A stretch of 64,000 nucleotides of DNA, from NCBI GenBank assembly GCA_023213395.1, contig CM041465.1, forward strand, positions 222,339,741 through 222,403,740, written 5' to 3'. A program made the translations under genes and the position numbers. Positions 14,074 to 28,274 of this stretch are shown piece by piece; position 1 is the stretch's first letter; each line of letters begins with the position of its first letter. The notes below the pieces were generated by a model. That model had not been told where the DNA came from, did not search any database, and saw nothing but the letters and a program-made list of their open reading frames with translations. This DNA is from Cycas panzhihuaensis (taxonomy: Eukaryota; Plantae; Cycadophyta).

Positions 14074-14947
14074 TGTGTCCAACTAAAAGTGCACACATAA
14101 TTTTGAAGAAAATTATAAAGTAAAGTAGTAAGCTATAGTTGAAGTTGGCATTATGAATAGGTTGTAGTTAAAGTTGCCAGTGATCACAGTCAAGGTCATG
14201 AGTACAAGAAGATCATAGTCAACATCATGGTTGTGAGCAAATCATACTTGGGGTTACAAATATGAGTAGATCATAATCAATTCATAGTTGTGAGTAGATT
14301 GTAGTTAGGGTCATGAGTATAAGCAAATCACAATTAGGGTCATAAGCACGAGCACATAGCAGTTAGGGTCATAAGTGGGAGTAGATTACAATCAAAGTCA
14401 TAGTTGTGAATAGATTATAATCAAGATCATGAGTGTGAGTAGATCACAATGAGGGTCATAGTTACGAATAGATTATAGTTAGGGTTGTGAGTACAAGTAG
14501 ATCACATTCGAGGTCATGATTATGAGTAGATCATAGTCGAGGTCAAGGTTATAGTTCTAATCATAGCTTGGATGGTTACAACCCAATTATAGTTTAAGAA
14601 ATATAATTATTACCAAATGTATTTAGGAAGGAAGACAAGTCATTGTTATGATGTAACTAATGGTGGTTGAAACCATTAGAGATTTTTGTATAAATTATAG
14701 TTGGTCTAATGTATGTAGGTGTGTGAGTGTGGGGAAGCTAGAGAGAGGAGATATATAAGTCTTTTCTTATAGTGGCAGGCTTGATGTGCTAGTCTAATCT
14801 TTATAGACTATTAGGCCTATGTCTAGTTATAAGAGGACTAAATGTAGTTTCCTATTCTAATGATATTATGTTTTACATTATATTAAGTATTCCTTATACT
14901 TACTTTATTCATTATATTGGTATTGTAGATGAATAAGGTAAGGCACA
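14074..14947 (+). repeat. 5' LTR of element A
   Basis: TGTGTC...GGCACA; aligns by eye with 57803-58786; followed by a degenerate PBS-like tagtttcatttcc. Confidence 0.8.
14183..14558 (+). repeat. 29-bp tandem array, about 13 units, in the 5' LTR of A
   Basis: Consensus AGTAGATCATAGTCAAGGTCATGAGTATG; the ATCA anchor recurs about every 29 bp from 14183 to 14530. Confidence 0.9.
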
Positions 14948-15136
14948 TATTAGTTTCATTTCCTAATAAAATCGAGAGAAAGGTGAATGGAAATGTCATG
15001 ATGGGTAAGGTTAAGTGAGTAAATTTGGATCTCTTCCATGCCACCTAGGGTTAAGTCAAAATTACATCATTAATATTGAGAGCATTAGGAGAAGGACAGA
15101 CTCTAGGCTAGAGTAAGGAAGCCAAGATTTGTAGTG

Positions 15137-18100
15137 ATGCCTAAGAAGTAAGTGAAGAGTTGACCATTTACTAAACCAAAAGAAGAAAGCCAATCATAGA
15201 AGGTGAAAAACAAAAGGAGGCAAATGCAATTAGAGTCTCTATCAAAGAAAATGCAACACAAATTATGGATGATCAAGGGTACACATTAGAAGAGGATCCC
15301 ATTAAAATAGAAAGGGTACAAGAAAGAAAAGATGAAGGATTAACATCAATCAAAGAGGAACCTCTAGAGGAAACACCATCTTAAGAGGTTAAAGGTAATT
15401 CAATCAAAGTAGAATTATACAGTACAACAAATAGGGGCTAGAATCACCATTAGCTAGAAGTAAGAATCCCTTTGAGCCACATTTTAAATCCCCTCTTTAA
15501 ATTAACAATGTAAAGCCCAAAAGGAAGTGTAGGAGGTGGAAGTCCACCACTAAAAGGAAATTTAAGAGGCAGAGGCCCATCTTAAAATTAGTCACTTTTC
15601 ATTAATATAAGAGAAAGTGGTAATCAATCATTATGTAGAATGGATCAAGGAAGCAGGGAGAGAGCTATTGGACCTTGTATTATTATGCAAAATGACTTTG
15701 CTTTCTTAAGAATATGTTTTGATGGATCTATAGGCCTAGGAGACCATTAAGCAGTATTCAAGAATATACTAAAAATAAAAAAAATTATGGATCTAGATGA
15801 AATAAAGGCCTAATTTTTTCCACAATATGGGGAGTAGTGATTGCTTGGTTCTAGTACATAGTAGCATAGAATCTATCATGGGATAGATTGTAAGATCAGT
15901 TTTTGGATCACTTCTAAAAGCTAAGAGATCCCATGGCTCTCTTCTAGGCTTTGGAAGAGATAAGATAATACCCTACAGAATCAATTAATGTATTTAATGG
16001 TTGAATAAGGGTTATAATGAATAAGATGCAACCAATAATAGTGATTAATCTAATGTTGGAGATGAAATATTTTACGTAAGAGTTAATCCCATAACTAAGA
16101 GATAAAGTTATATTTCATCTGATGAATAATTATCAGAGTTAGCCCTAAAAATTAAAAATCAAATAAAGACTACATACTCTTAGTGGGTGATGTAATAAAC
16201 TACATACATTAGATTTCTTCCTAGATATTATCAATAGAAGTATAGTCATGGGGGACACATAAGCAAGTGCCCCAGATATGATCAAATCTAGAAATAGAAG
16301 TATTAAAGAAAGAGGTGGACATATTAAAACATCAACCATCAATATCAATACCTGCTAATATGTACCAAAATACGGAGATAAAAAAATTATGTGTAGAATT
16401 AACTAGGTTGAGGTTGGAAAAGTCCCAAGATAATATGTGGTTCCCCCCACTTTACAAGTAGCAAGATCATTTAAGAAATAAACATAACAGACCAATGATA
16501 TGGTGTGAGTATTATAGAAAAGTTAACCACAATATGTGTGAATAATTCTCTTGACCAAATAATGGCATTCATAATACATTTTTCCAAAAGCTAAAGAGAT
16601 TAAGAAAATAATATAAAGGAAAGACAAAGTCAGTCTATTATTTTTTATGCCAAAGATGGGGCCATTTTAGATTATACTATCCATTGGAGAAAAAGGGAGA
16701 TAAATTTATTTGCAAAGAATATAGATCAATAGATCATAAAGGGACAAACTATCTAAAACATAAATCACAAAATGTTAATCTAGTTGCAGTTATTCCAGAT
16801 AAAGAAGTGCCTGTCTAATTACAAACATGAAGTGGAAAAATAACTATAATACTCATATAGGATACTTTTCTAAAACTTATAATAAAGAAGCAAAGACTCC
16901 AAGAATCTATGAAGATTCTTTAAGATGCAGTGGGCAAAGTCGAATGAGAAGAATTTCAACAAGAACAATGATTCAAGGGTGAGAAGTATAAGTGAAGATC
17001 AGTTCTTAAGAAGCATTCTTCTAAGGAAGGTATGAACCCATGGAAAAAGCTTCAAAGTATTAAAGATATATTAATAGAATTAAGAGTGTCAATCTCTATC
17101 TCCGTTGTATTTAAATGGTGGGAAATTGGCTATTTTTAATAATTGATCTTAGATTAAATAGAAAATCCTATTATAATAGATATTAAGGATAAAGGAATAG
17201 ACCCTAGAGTTACAATGGTCATTTTTAGAACAACATTATGTAAAATAATTATGGATGGGAGATCTGGAGTTCAAGTTCTTCTTGAGTCTTATTGGATAGG
17301 TTTGGGAAGGCTAGAAGCGGTTGCCCCAAACTATTCAATAAAACTGACTAACCAATTACAGGTTAGACCAATGGTAACATTGATGATTATCCTAGTCACT
17401 ATTGCAAGAATTATAGTCTTGATGGATTTTGTACTGGTTCAAATGTAAAATAAGAGAAAGGCTTATCTAGCATCATTAGGACAACCTTGGTTATTCATAA
17501 CTGAGGGGATTTAAGACTAGGATGAATTTACATTTATACTAAAGGAAGGAAACAAGGTTATGAGTTTACCATTATACTCAGATGGACCTCACATAAAGAA
17601 GATTGAAGATGAGGAATGAGCATCATCCACAACTATGGGATCAAAACCCATAATAAGCTCCTATTTAGAAATCGTATATTAATTATAACCAACCTTGCCT
17701 AGTAATATGTCATCATCATATATGATGAATTGGCTACAGAATGCTTGAGGCGAAGTGGATCAACTCTATAAGTATGCATTAACTCTCTTGATTCAAAAGA
17801 GCAATCATTTTTAAATTTCTAGGTAGAAATCCTATAAACCTAGGGGAATGTTAGAAACTTAGAAGAAAATCTTACAAATTTGAAAAAAATTTAGGGATAA
17901 TAGGGTTAAGCAGAAAAACACATAGAATATTATACCTAAGTTTTAAAGAATAATAATAGATAAGAAGAATCTTGTTATTTGTCATTTCTATTATCTCTAA
18001 TAGGACAAGATTCTTTATGGTATTCTAATTATGGTAGTAATTTTAAATCTTACGATGAACTAAGTAGAAATTTTTTGTTAAGATTTTAGAAACAAAAAAT

Positions 18101-21100
18101 AAAATTATTTGTATTTTAGAATGGTGAAAACCCTATGATTCACATAGAAATTTATGTACAAATTTGGGTAAAAAAGCATATTCTAAAAATTGAATGGCTG
18201 TAAAGATGGGCACAAACTTTTAAAGGAATCTCAATTATATGGTCCAATCACTGTGAAAAAAAAAAAGCTGGTAGATTGGGACTTGCTTAGTAAGGAATTC
18301 TGCAAAACTTTCATGTACCATAATAATAACCAATGGGTTCAAGAAATTTCAACTATTTTAAAAAACAGAATGATAGAAGTTGATCAAAACCACTATCAAA
18401 TGGAGACACTGGAGAAATAACCAAGAAATAAACATAAATTTCCCTTATAATACTCTACTGTAGAATATGGAAATGGAATAATTGATCAGATGCCAGTATA
18501 TGTATTAAATGAAAACAATAGAATAGTACAAAGTGAATAATTAAAGTTACAATAAATAAACTTGGGGACAAAGGAGCAACCTTAGATAATCTCTATGGGA
18601 GATTACTAGACGTAAAAACTATCCAACAAGCCACGACACTATTTTTAGAATATAAGGATGTCTTCACTTAGTCCTATCATGATTTAAAAAGTATACCACC
18701 TGAATTAATAGAACATAGGATTGAACTGATTGAGGGAGCAAAGCATGTGTGAAAATGCCCCTATCAAATAAATCCTAACTATAAAGAAAAAGTAAAAGTA
18801 GAACTAGACAAATTATTAGAAGTTGGGTATATATTTAAAGTTGAAACTAGTGAATGGGTAAGTCTAGTCATAGTGGTACCAAAGAAAAATGGGAAGCTCT
18901 AAGTTTATGTAGACTATAGAGCCTTAAATAAAGTAACAAAGAAATCCATTTCTAATCCCATTCATCAAAGACATCCTTGAAAAGGTAGCATGACACAAGG
19001 TATATTCTTTCATGGATAGCTTTAGTTGATATAATCAAGTCAGAATTATAATATAGGATTAACTAAAGACAACTTTTGTTATAATGGGGAATGTATGCAT
19101 ATAAATTCATGCACTTTAGATTGATGAATTCACTTACCACCTTTGAGAGGATAATTTTAAATATTTTTTGGTAAGTACTTGGTAAGTTAATTGAAGTGTT
19201 CTTAGATGATTGGATAGTTTATACATTATTAAAAGACCATCTCGTAAATTTATAATTAATGCTTGAGACATGCAGAAGGAGTAAGTTATATTTGAACCCA
19301 GCTAAATGTATATTTTTTATTCTATTTGGATCCTTATTAAGTCATGTTGTAATAAAATAAGGATTGCAGATGGACCCAAATAAAGTGGCAATCATTTTAA
19401 GTTTTCCCATACTAAAGATAATAAAGTAGATTAAAGATTTTTTGGGTATGATAGGATATTACAAGAAATTTATTAAGGAATATGCCCAGATAGAAAATCC
19501 TTTAGAAACCTTGCTTAAGAAAAAAGTAATTTGGCAGTGGGAGTTATGGCAGTAATTAGCATTTGATCTATTAAAAAAAAAAAGATTATAAAAGCACCTA
19601 TTCTAAGATTAATTTGATTTTAATTCTGCTTTGCATGTCAATGCTTTATTAATGGTAATTGGATGTGCATTGGCTCAACCAAGTGATGAAAATATAGATT
19701 TTCCTATTTATTTTGCTAGTTGTAAACTAACACATACAGAGTAGAATTGCTTAGTTACTAAATGTGAAGACTTAGTCATATCCTATGCCTTATAAGAATT
19801 TAGTCACTATTTATTAGCCAATCCCTTTATCTTTTTTTGTAGATCATCAAGCTTTAAAATACTTTATAAACAAACCAAGTTTGTAGGGTAGGATTTGTAG
19901 GTGGTTGATGCTATTTCAAGAATTTAATTTTAATATCATCATAAAAAAGAAGAAAAACACATAGTGCCTCATGTGTTGTCATGAGAAGTAGATGGGAAAC
20001 TAGCCATGGGAATATAAGATGACTTTCCTAACACTCAATTATTTTCTATGGAGGTAGTACCAAAATGGTATGAGGGGATTACACAATATTCAGCTATGGG
20101 TCAAATCCCTAAATGTTTGGAGTGAGTGGAGAGATAAAGTTTCATTCGAAATCCTTTCCTTTTTCGTTGGTATATAGAATGTTATATAAATTAGGCCTAA
20201 ACATAGTGTTAAGAAGATGCATACTAGAACATCAAGTATAGGCAATTCTATAAGAAGTTCATAAGGGAATGGCAATTAAGCACTAAGGTGTGGAACCTAC
20301 ATATAAAAGATTTTATTGGTAGGTCTTTGATGGCCAATAATATTTAGGGATACTGAAAGATAGATTTGAAGTCATGATATCTATCGATGTATGGGCAAGC
20401 CTAGAAAACACTATTTCATGCCTCTTCACCCAATCTTGGCATAAGCACCTTTCAAAAAGTCAGGACTGGACCTTATTAGACTAATTAGCCCCCCAGTAAA
20501 AAAAACAAACGTGAGATATATATTGGTGGCTATTGATTTCTTTACAAAATAGACACAAGCTTGACCTCTTAAGAATTGTGATGTTAGAAGTATGGTAAGA
20601 TTTTTGTATGATAATATTATAGTTTATTTTGGTTGTTCCTTAGAATTAGTGTCGAATCAAGGTAGTAGTTTTTTAAGTAGAATTATAAAATATCTTACTA
20701 ATGAATTTGTGACTCAACACTACCAATCTTCCCCTTATTATCCTAGAACTAATGGTTAGGTTGAAAGCACTAACAAAATCTTAAAATTAGCTTTGTCAAA
20801 GATTTACAGTAAGAGAAGAATGGACTAGGTAGAATGTTTGCATTCTATCATTTAGATAAATAAAATAACATCCAAATGGCCACACAAGTAGATGCCATTC
20901 TAATTGGTATATGGATTAGAAGTTATATTCCCATTGGAATTCTAGACAAAAAGTTTTAGAGTAATAGTTTAACTATAAATGGATGAATAAGATTTATGAA
21001 ATGAAAGGATTATAGAACTTTTAAAATTGGATGAACAAAGAGCATAAGCTTTATAGGAGTTAGAAACTAAAAAGAGGCAATAATAGGCATGGCATAGTCA

Positions 21101-21317
21101 ACACTTGTGACTACTAGAATTCCATGAAGGTGACCTTATAATAATGTATGATAGTAAGTTCTAGATGAAACTAGGGAAGATGAAATTATGCTAGTTAGGA
21201 CCATATAAGGTAATTCATATTAGCAAAAATGGGGAAGTCTAAATCAGATAGCTAGATGGTAAAATTCTCCCTAAGGCAATCAATAGGAGTAGGTTGAACC
21301 CTTATACAATAAGATAA
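15137..21317 (+). pseudogene. Element A gag-pol (Gag, protease, RT, RNase H, integrase)
   Basis: Gag FDG..DH...W..L..QFL (about 15720-15910); protease IIMDGRSGVQV...LLGQPWL (17215-17510); RT EWVS...PKKNGKL..VDYRALN and FLDDW (about 18850-19210); RH I.FAS, RICRWLMLFQEF and DDFP; INT PYYPRTNG.VES.NK. Confidence 0.9.
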
Positions 21318-21727
21318 ATATATATTAAAAAATAAATGATGTAAAATATAAGGTAGTAAATATTGTTATCATCAAAAAGAGGACCACGATAAGAAATTAA
21401 GGAAGGAAAGAGATTGTGATTGGCATCGAATCCAAGAATGAAGGTTGCAAGTAAATGAGATGTAATTATTATTATAGAATGAGCTAATTATGACGCAAGT
21501 GATTAACATTTCCATGATTATGACAAGATAAGGAAAGAATGAGCATATAAATGTAACAATTATGAATAATCTTTTAAATAATTTTGATGTATTAAGAACA
21601 ACTACAACCTCCCTATATTAAAATTATAGGTAGAAGGAGCACAACTATGACAATGACTAACTTGTAATAAATGACAATAAGTTTCAAAGAATTTAATAAT
21701 GAGTAAATCTAGAAGTAGTGCCTAGAA

Positions 21728-23177
21728 ATGCAACTAGAAGAAGAATGTAAAAAGAGATTAATGGCTACTAGATTGAACAAATATATACTAGTTAGCATCC
21801 TTCCAATTATGTATAATTTTCTTTCAATAGTGATAACAATGGTGGCATGGTGTCTGTCTGTATTAGATTTTTTTGTCAATGCCATTTCACTAGTAACTGG
21901 GTTACCAAATCAAGGACTAGATATCCCTAAGGATAAATAGATACCTAGAGAACATGCAATATATGAAATTACAGTAAGGAAATTTGATGTTTCTAGTTCA
22001 AGGATTCAAATTTTAGGGATCTTAACTAAGGAAATATAGTGGATAATACATTTTCTATTCACTAGAGTAATATTAGGATAGAATAATTCATTTATCCCTA
22101 CTCATATGCATATAATGTTAATAAAGGTTATAGAGGATCATTAGTTTAATTAGGCCAGATTTGTCTCCAGTAAGTTTTAGAAGAATTTAGAAGATGTAAA
22201 AGGTGCTACTCAATTTGTTTTATTTTTTCACCCTACCTTGTTATCAGGGTTATTATTTTCACAGTGCCTAGATATTCAACTTCCAAAGGTTGAGGAGGGA
22301 TAACCCCTATTAGCCAAATAAACAAAACTATTCTCAAGGGAACATGGATGAAGTTCTTTGCCCCTAATAAAGCTACATGAACAAGCCACTACTAGGGTCC
22401 ATTAGCAATGGCAGGCTAGTACTCCACAACTATGCCTAGTAAAAAGTAGAGAAGAATGGGTAAAATTGCAAATAGGAGTAACCTTGAAGGTTTGAACAAG
22501 AGTATAGGATTGAGAGTATAAAGAAGAAGAGGAGAAGAGAATAGAGATATGACAAGGAAAATGAAAGGTGAAGGAAAAACATACCATGGGCAATGAAGGA
22601 ACTAAGGGCAGTCAAACCATTAAAATATGAAGAGGAGGAGAAACAAAAAAGGAGGAAATTAGTAGAAAAAAAGAGGTAGTAAGAAATTTTAAAAATTTTA
22701 AATAATCAACCCCCCAAAGTGGAATTTTATTAATTAGGGGTTTTTTTAAAGGAGGGCATAGACCCAATGACCTATGACCCACAAGATATTTTGTAGTGGA
22801 AGATCTCCTATGTAGTGAATGTGACTAGGTAACTTATTACTGAACTAGAGCAAAGGAATATAAGACCTCCACTAGACATGCAAAGAACTCAATGACTTGA
22901 AGAAAAACTGGCCCATTAGATATTTTGTAGTGGAAGATCTCCTTCTTAGCAAAAGTGACTAGGCAACTTATTACTAAACTGGAGTAAAGGAATAAAAGAT
23001 CTCCACCTAACATGTAAAGAATTCAATGACTTGACAAAAAACTGGTAACAATAGAGGCTTACTTGGAAATTTTGAAGAAATTTATCATGACCTAGGTAAA
23101 GAGTACTGATAGTATTGCTCCTAAGGTATAAGCATTCAAAGGCTATTTTCATCAAGAAATTCACCAAGGTCTACATG
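21728..23177 (+). pseudogene. Accessory ORF of A downstream of pol: PMD-like N-terminus, charged region and coiled-coil; continues at 57397-57690
   Basis: Manual translation gives ISLVTGLPNQG...FN(W)ARFVS..(L)EEF...FSPYLV. The distal frame reads through the removed B insertion (...HQGLH|VVIYKLRA...). Confidence 0.55.
22778..23045 (+). repeat. 134-bp tandem duplication (2 diverged copies)
   Basis: gatattttgtagtggaagatctcc...aatgacttga.aaaaactgg, starting at 22785 and 22919. Confidence 0.9.
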
Positions 23178-24255
23178 TGTTTTACCAAAACCTGGCCCTT
23201 AATTGATCTCCACCACCTTTAACAAGTTTCTTTTGCTACTCTTATTTGTTATAATTGATAAATGCCTATTTTATGATGCATTAGGCTATGTTTTGATGAA
23301 ATATGATCATGTTTTTTGTTAGATGATGTATGTTAGATAATGATGATGTATTATATGCTCTCTCACCCATCGATGAATGATAACTATGGCAATTAGGTCT
23401 CTCTTTATGATCATTCTAACTCAATTTTCCTTTAAAACATTCATTTGCTTCATTCTTCTATCTTGATTTCACTTTTTTTTGTGGTATTTTTTGCATTATT
23501 TTTGGGCTTAGGCTTATAGTTTTCATCTTTTTAGGCTATTTTTCCATTGATTAAGTCTTTTTGGTTTTCATTTTTAATAAAAACATGATTTTCTAACTTT
23601 TTAATGGGTAATTTTTGAATGGATAATTTTCACCTCCTAATTTGTCGCATTTTTGGTGCTACTAAAAATATGATTGATTGCTTTTTATTAATAAAGTTGT
23701 ATTTTTCGTGGCTCATAAAATGTGACTAGTAGTATTTTTTACTGTTATGCATGCACTTTTTTTTTAGTGCATTAATTTTTATATGCTACCACCTAGATTT
23801 GATGGAAACCTACCTTATTTGTGACCAAAACTCTTAGAAATATTATTGTATTATATCATTCGTAATTTGGATGAAAAGAGATCAAGCTTTGGTCTACGAT
23901 TCTTAAGATTTTGAGGGATTTCTCTACTACTATTTGAAGGTCTACTTTAGAAGGAAAAAAAGTGAAATCTAAGGGAAGAATTTTGAAGCTATGTTTATTG
24001 ATTTCCTGTTGTACAAACTTTGATGGTTAATGCTTTTAAAGTATATGGTTTCTCATAAATTTTTTAGCTTTAAACTTCTTTTCCTAGTAAGATCTTTCCT
24101 ATTGTGGTTTATTATGATTTTACAGTTCTTTTGATGGTTGTTTACAATTAGAATTATTTCTCTCTTTTTACTAATATCTAAGATACTTTTATTAATGATT
24201 TTTCCTTGGAAAATTTAGTTAAAAGGTCAAATTTTTGTGAGAAGAATAGGGTTAG

Positions 24256-27200
24256 TGGGCTATTCCTTCTTAGAAATCTGGACTTGTAGGTGCAAAAATT
24301 AGCAAAAAATGAAGCCAAAATAATGTAAGTGCACAAGCAGATCACATATAGTAAATCACCAAAATGAGTACCGAAGTACTTTCTCTTTCAAGATATAATA
24401 CTCAACGACATTATAAGTGATTTAACCCTTTAAATACACAAGTAAGGGTCTTTGTCCTTATGATTCTATTGGTTGACCTAATGGCCTTACATATTATTGG
24501 ACGACTTAGCAATCCATACACACATCTTAATAAACATCTTAATCCTTACTCGCTGGTGGCTTTCGCTCGCTAATGCTAAGGAAAGGTGGGGTTATGTAAC
24601 AAGTCCCCCCCTCTGATACGCTGAGTCCTCGCAGCATTAGAGATGAAGATGTTGCTGGATGAACTTGTCAGATTCCCATATAGTTTCATCTACATCGCAG
24701 CTGACCCACTGTACCAAGTGTTCAGAAATAGTGCAATTTCGGAGGTGGCGCTGGCAATTGGCAAGGATTTTATCAGGAGGAATTATAAGAGTTTGCTCTT
24801 CAGAGAGGATGGGTAAGGTTGTATGGAGTGTAACTTTAGCACCAAGGTATTTTTTTAGGCAGGACACATGGAAAACATTATGGATATTAATATTTGGGGG
24901 GAGTTTAAGGGCATAAGCAACTTCATCGATTTTGTACAGGATCTTATAAGGGCCATAGTAGCGGGGGCTTAGTTTATACCCTTAATGTAACTTAAGGGAT
25001 TATTGCTTATAGGGTTGGAGGCAAAGGTATACTAGATCTCTAATATCAAAGGATCGATCAAATTGATGGTGGTCTGCGAGTTGCTTCATTCAATTTTGGG
25101 TGATGGCTAAATTATGTCGAAGGGTATGTAAGATTTAATCCATTTCTTAAAGCTTTTGTTACACAGAAGCTATTCAAAAGTTTGTGGCTAGGGTATGGTA
25201 GGAAGGTGGGTGGTAGCTATAAAGAGCCAAAAAGGGGGACATAATAATGGTAGAATGATGGGAAGAGTTATACTAATACTCGGCCAGGGCAAGCCATGAG
25301 GTCCACTTAGCTTAGTGTTCTGAGGCAAAGCAACATAGATAAGTTTCTAAAGTTTTGTTTAGAACCTCAGATTGGCCGTCTGTTTGTAGGTGGTAGGCAA
25401 AACTCATGTTATATGAGGTTCCAACAGCCTTAAAGAGTTCTTACCAAAATGAACTAGTAAACTTAGGGTCTTGGCCACAAACGATAGATGATGGGAAGCC
25501 ATGGAGGCGAAATATGAATTTGACATATAAGTCAGTGAGACGGGAGGATGAATATAAGGTATGCACTGGAAGAAAGTGTAAGTACTACTACCCAAATGGA
25601 GTCAAACCTGGCAGATGGAGGTAGGCCCATGATGAAGTCCATGGCAATATCTTACTACTTGCCTTAAGGAATATTTAATGGTTGGAGAAGTCCAGGGAGA
25701 GGTTTGGTCTCAACTTTATTTCATTGATAGGTGTCACATTCTAATACGAAGGTGAATATGGTGGTCTTCATATGGGGCCAAAAGAAATCTATGCAAATCT
25801 GTTGATAAGTCTTATCAAAGCTAGAGTGGCCACTGAGGGGGGACAAGTGGTATTCTGTTAGGATTTTAGGGATGAATGAAGAGGAGGGATGGACAAAGAT
25901 GCAATTGTGGTAAAGGAGGTGATTGTTAAAGGTTGACCAATGCTTATGGGTGAGGACTTTTTTTCTCCAATTAGGATAGTCTGGTTGGGCTTAATTTTCA
26001 ACGTATAGTTCCTCAAGCCAAAGTGGTTAGGGATTGCTGATGGCATGGAGGCTTGGGTTAGGAACATTATCATCAGGGTGAAGATGTGAAAGAGCATCAG
26101 CCACTGTATTGTCCTTGCCTTTTTTATATACTATTGAGAAGTCAAAGACTTGTAATAAGTGAACCCACTTAGTTTGTTCTTTAGACAAGACTGGCTGAGT
26201 CAATAATTTATGGAGGCTACGATGATCCATGAGAATAGTGAACTTAGAGCCTAAGAGATATTGCCGCCATTTATCAATAGTGTGGAGAATAACCTTCATC
26301 TCTTTCTGATATGTAGAGAGACGAAGCTCATGATCTTTTAATTTTCAGCTTTCGAATGCAATGGGATAAGAGTCTTGCATTAGGACTGCATCTAAACCAA
26401 ACCCTAAAGTATCACATTCAAGTTAGAAGGGTTGGTTGAAATCAATAATAATGAGGACTAAAGTGGAGGTCATTACAACCTTGAGGTGAGAAAAGGCAGC
26501 ATCCGCTTCTGGAGACCATTGGAAAGCATCTTTACGAAGGAGGTTGGTTAATGAGGCAGCAAGAGCAACATAATTACGCACAAAGCATCGATAAAAACTA
26601 GTGAGCCCAAGGAATACTCGTAGTTAGGTAAGAGTTGTAGGTGTAGGCCACATTGTGATGACTGATATTTTATCAGAGTCTACGTGTACCCCTTCTAATG
26701 ATATGATATGACCTAAATAATTGACTTATAATTACCCAAACTCACACTTAGATAGTTTTGCATAGAGTTGGTGGTTTTGTAATATTCGGAGAACAATTTC
26801 TAGCTGTTGGATATGGTGATCGAAGTAGGCACTATAAATAAGAATGTCATTGAAGAAAACTATGACAAACTTTCGAAGGTAAAGACCAAAGATTTTATTC
26901 ATGAGAGCTTAGAAGGTTGCCGGGGCATTGCAAAAGCCAAAGGGCATTGCATGAAACTCAAAATGGCCATGATGCATGTGAAATGCTATCTTATGGCAAT
27001 CTTGTGGGGCAATCTTGTAGTACCCAGATTAGAGGTCTAACTTAGAAAAAATGGTTGCGCCATGGATTTCATCCAGCATGTCATCTATGCGAGGGGTGGG
27101 AAACTTATTTTTAATGGTAATCTTATTTAATTCCCTATAGTCAATGCAAAGGTGAAAGGAGCCATCCTTCTTCCTAACTAAGATAATTAGGGCTGCATAA

Positions 27201-28274
27201 GGGCTTTTACTTGGTTGGATTATGCCCATGTCAAGGAGCTCATTTGTGAGTTTCTCAATTTCATTCTTTTTGAAGTATGAGTTATGGTAAGGTCGAAGGC
27301 TGATAGGGTCATGGTTAGCTTAGAGATCAATTGTATGATAGAAACCATGGTCGGGAGGGTTTTGGGATACTAAAGGGGGTCCTCCTATATACCCTAAGGT
27401 ATGTGGAGGCACACTTCTGTAGCCAGGTTTTGTCTAGGGCTTGGTTCAGGAGTGTTATCTCCAGTCCTTCATGCAAGGGGTAGAAAAGTCATAATGCGCT
27501 TAACTAGAACGATAGATCCCTGTGACTTTTAAAGACCCCCAACATAGGGTCTCTACCTATTACTTGGGTAGCCGCCCAGTGGTGTTATCTACCCAAGAAG
27601 GAGAGGTGGGAGGGGAAAAAAAGGGTAGCCACCCAACGGTATTATCTATCCCTGGAATATAACTCAATACAGAAAAAGAAAACTAGAAACTAAATTGAAA
27701 GCAGAAGAAATAAATTGCTTGCATTACCTCAAGGAAGAAATTCCCCTTCACTTCATGACCTCTTATCTATCCTACTACCATTCCTCAATCTCCTCAGAGA
27801 GAGTACTAAGTGAAGGTCTTTCCTTAATCTCTACCTAGGTAGAGAGAGTACTCAAGCATACAGGAAAAAAAAAATATTTTACTTTTTTAGGCAACTTCCC
27901 ACAATCGCAAACATGATTCTGATACCACTTAGGCTGTTCCTTCTCAGAAATCTGGACTTGTAGGTGTAAAATTAATAGAAAATGAAGCCAAAATAATGCA
28001 AGTGCACAAGCAGATCATAGATAGTAAATCACCAAAATGAGTACCGAAGTACTTTCTCTTTCAAGATATAATACTCAATGACATTACAAGTGATTTAACC
28101 CTTTAAATACACAAGTAAGGGTCTTCATCCTTATGATTCTATTGGTGGCCCTAGTGGCCTTACATCTTATTGGACAACTTAGTAGTCCATACACACATCT
28201 TAATAAACATCTTAATCCTTACTCTTTGGTGGCTCTTGCTTGCTAATGCTAAGGAAAGGTGGGGTTATGTAACA
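24256..28274 (-). mobile_element. Chromovirus (Reina-like) Gypsy element C lacking gag and protease, 4019 bp
   Basis: Perfect TSD GTTAG; LTRs 24256-24601 and 27930-28274 (about 92% identical by hand count); PBS TGGTATCAGA at 27918-27927; PPT G-run at 24605-24611. Confidence 0.95.
24637..27358 (-). pseudogene. Element C pol: RT - RNase H - integrase - chromodomain
   Basis: [11 protein letters not shown]...[13 protein letters not shown]...FSKLDL; WRQYLLGSKF...YKKGKDNTVADALS; C-terminal chromodomain (EHLVQW...DETIWE). Confidence 0.93.

Noticed and set aside
14183-14558. 29-bp array as a CRISPR-like locus
   Set aside because: Units are contiguous with no unique spacers, there are no cas genes, and the array lies within LTRs.
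22745-22762. PPT-like aaaggagggca suggesting another LTR start
   Set aside because: No TG terminus or second LTR copy; the downstream sequence reads as A's accessory ORF.
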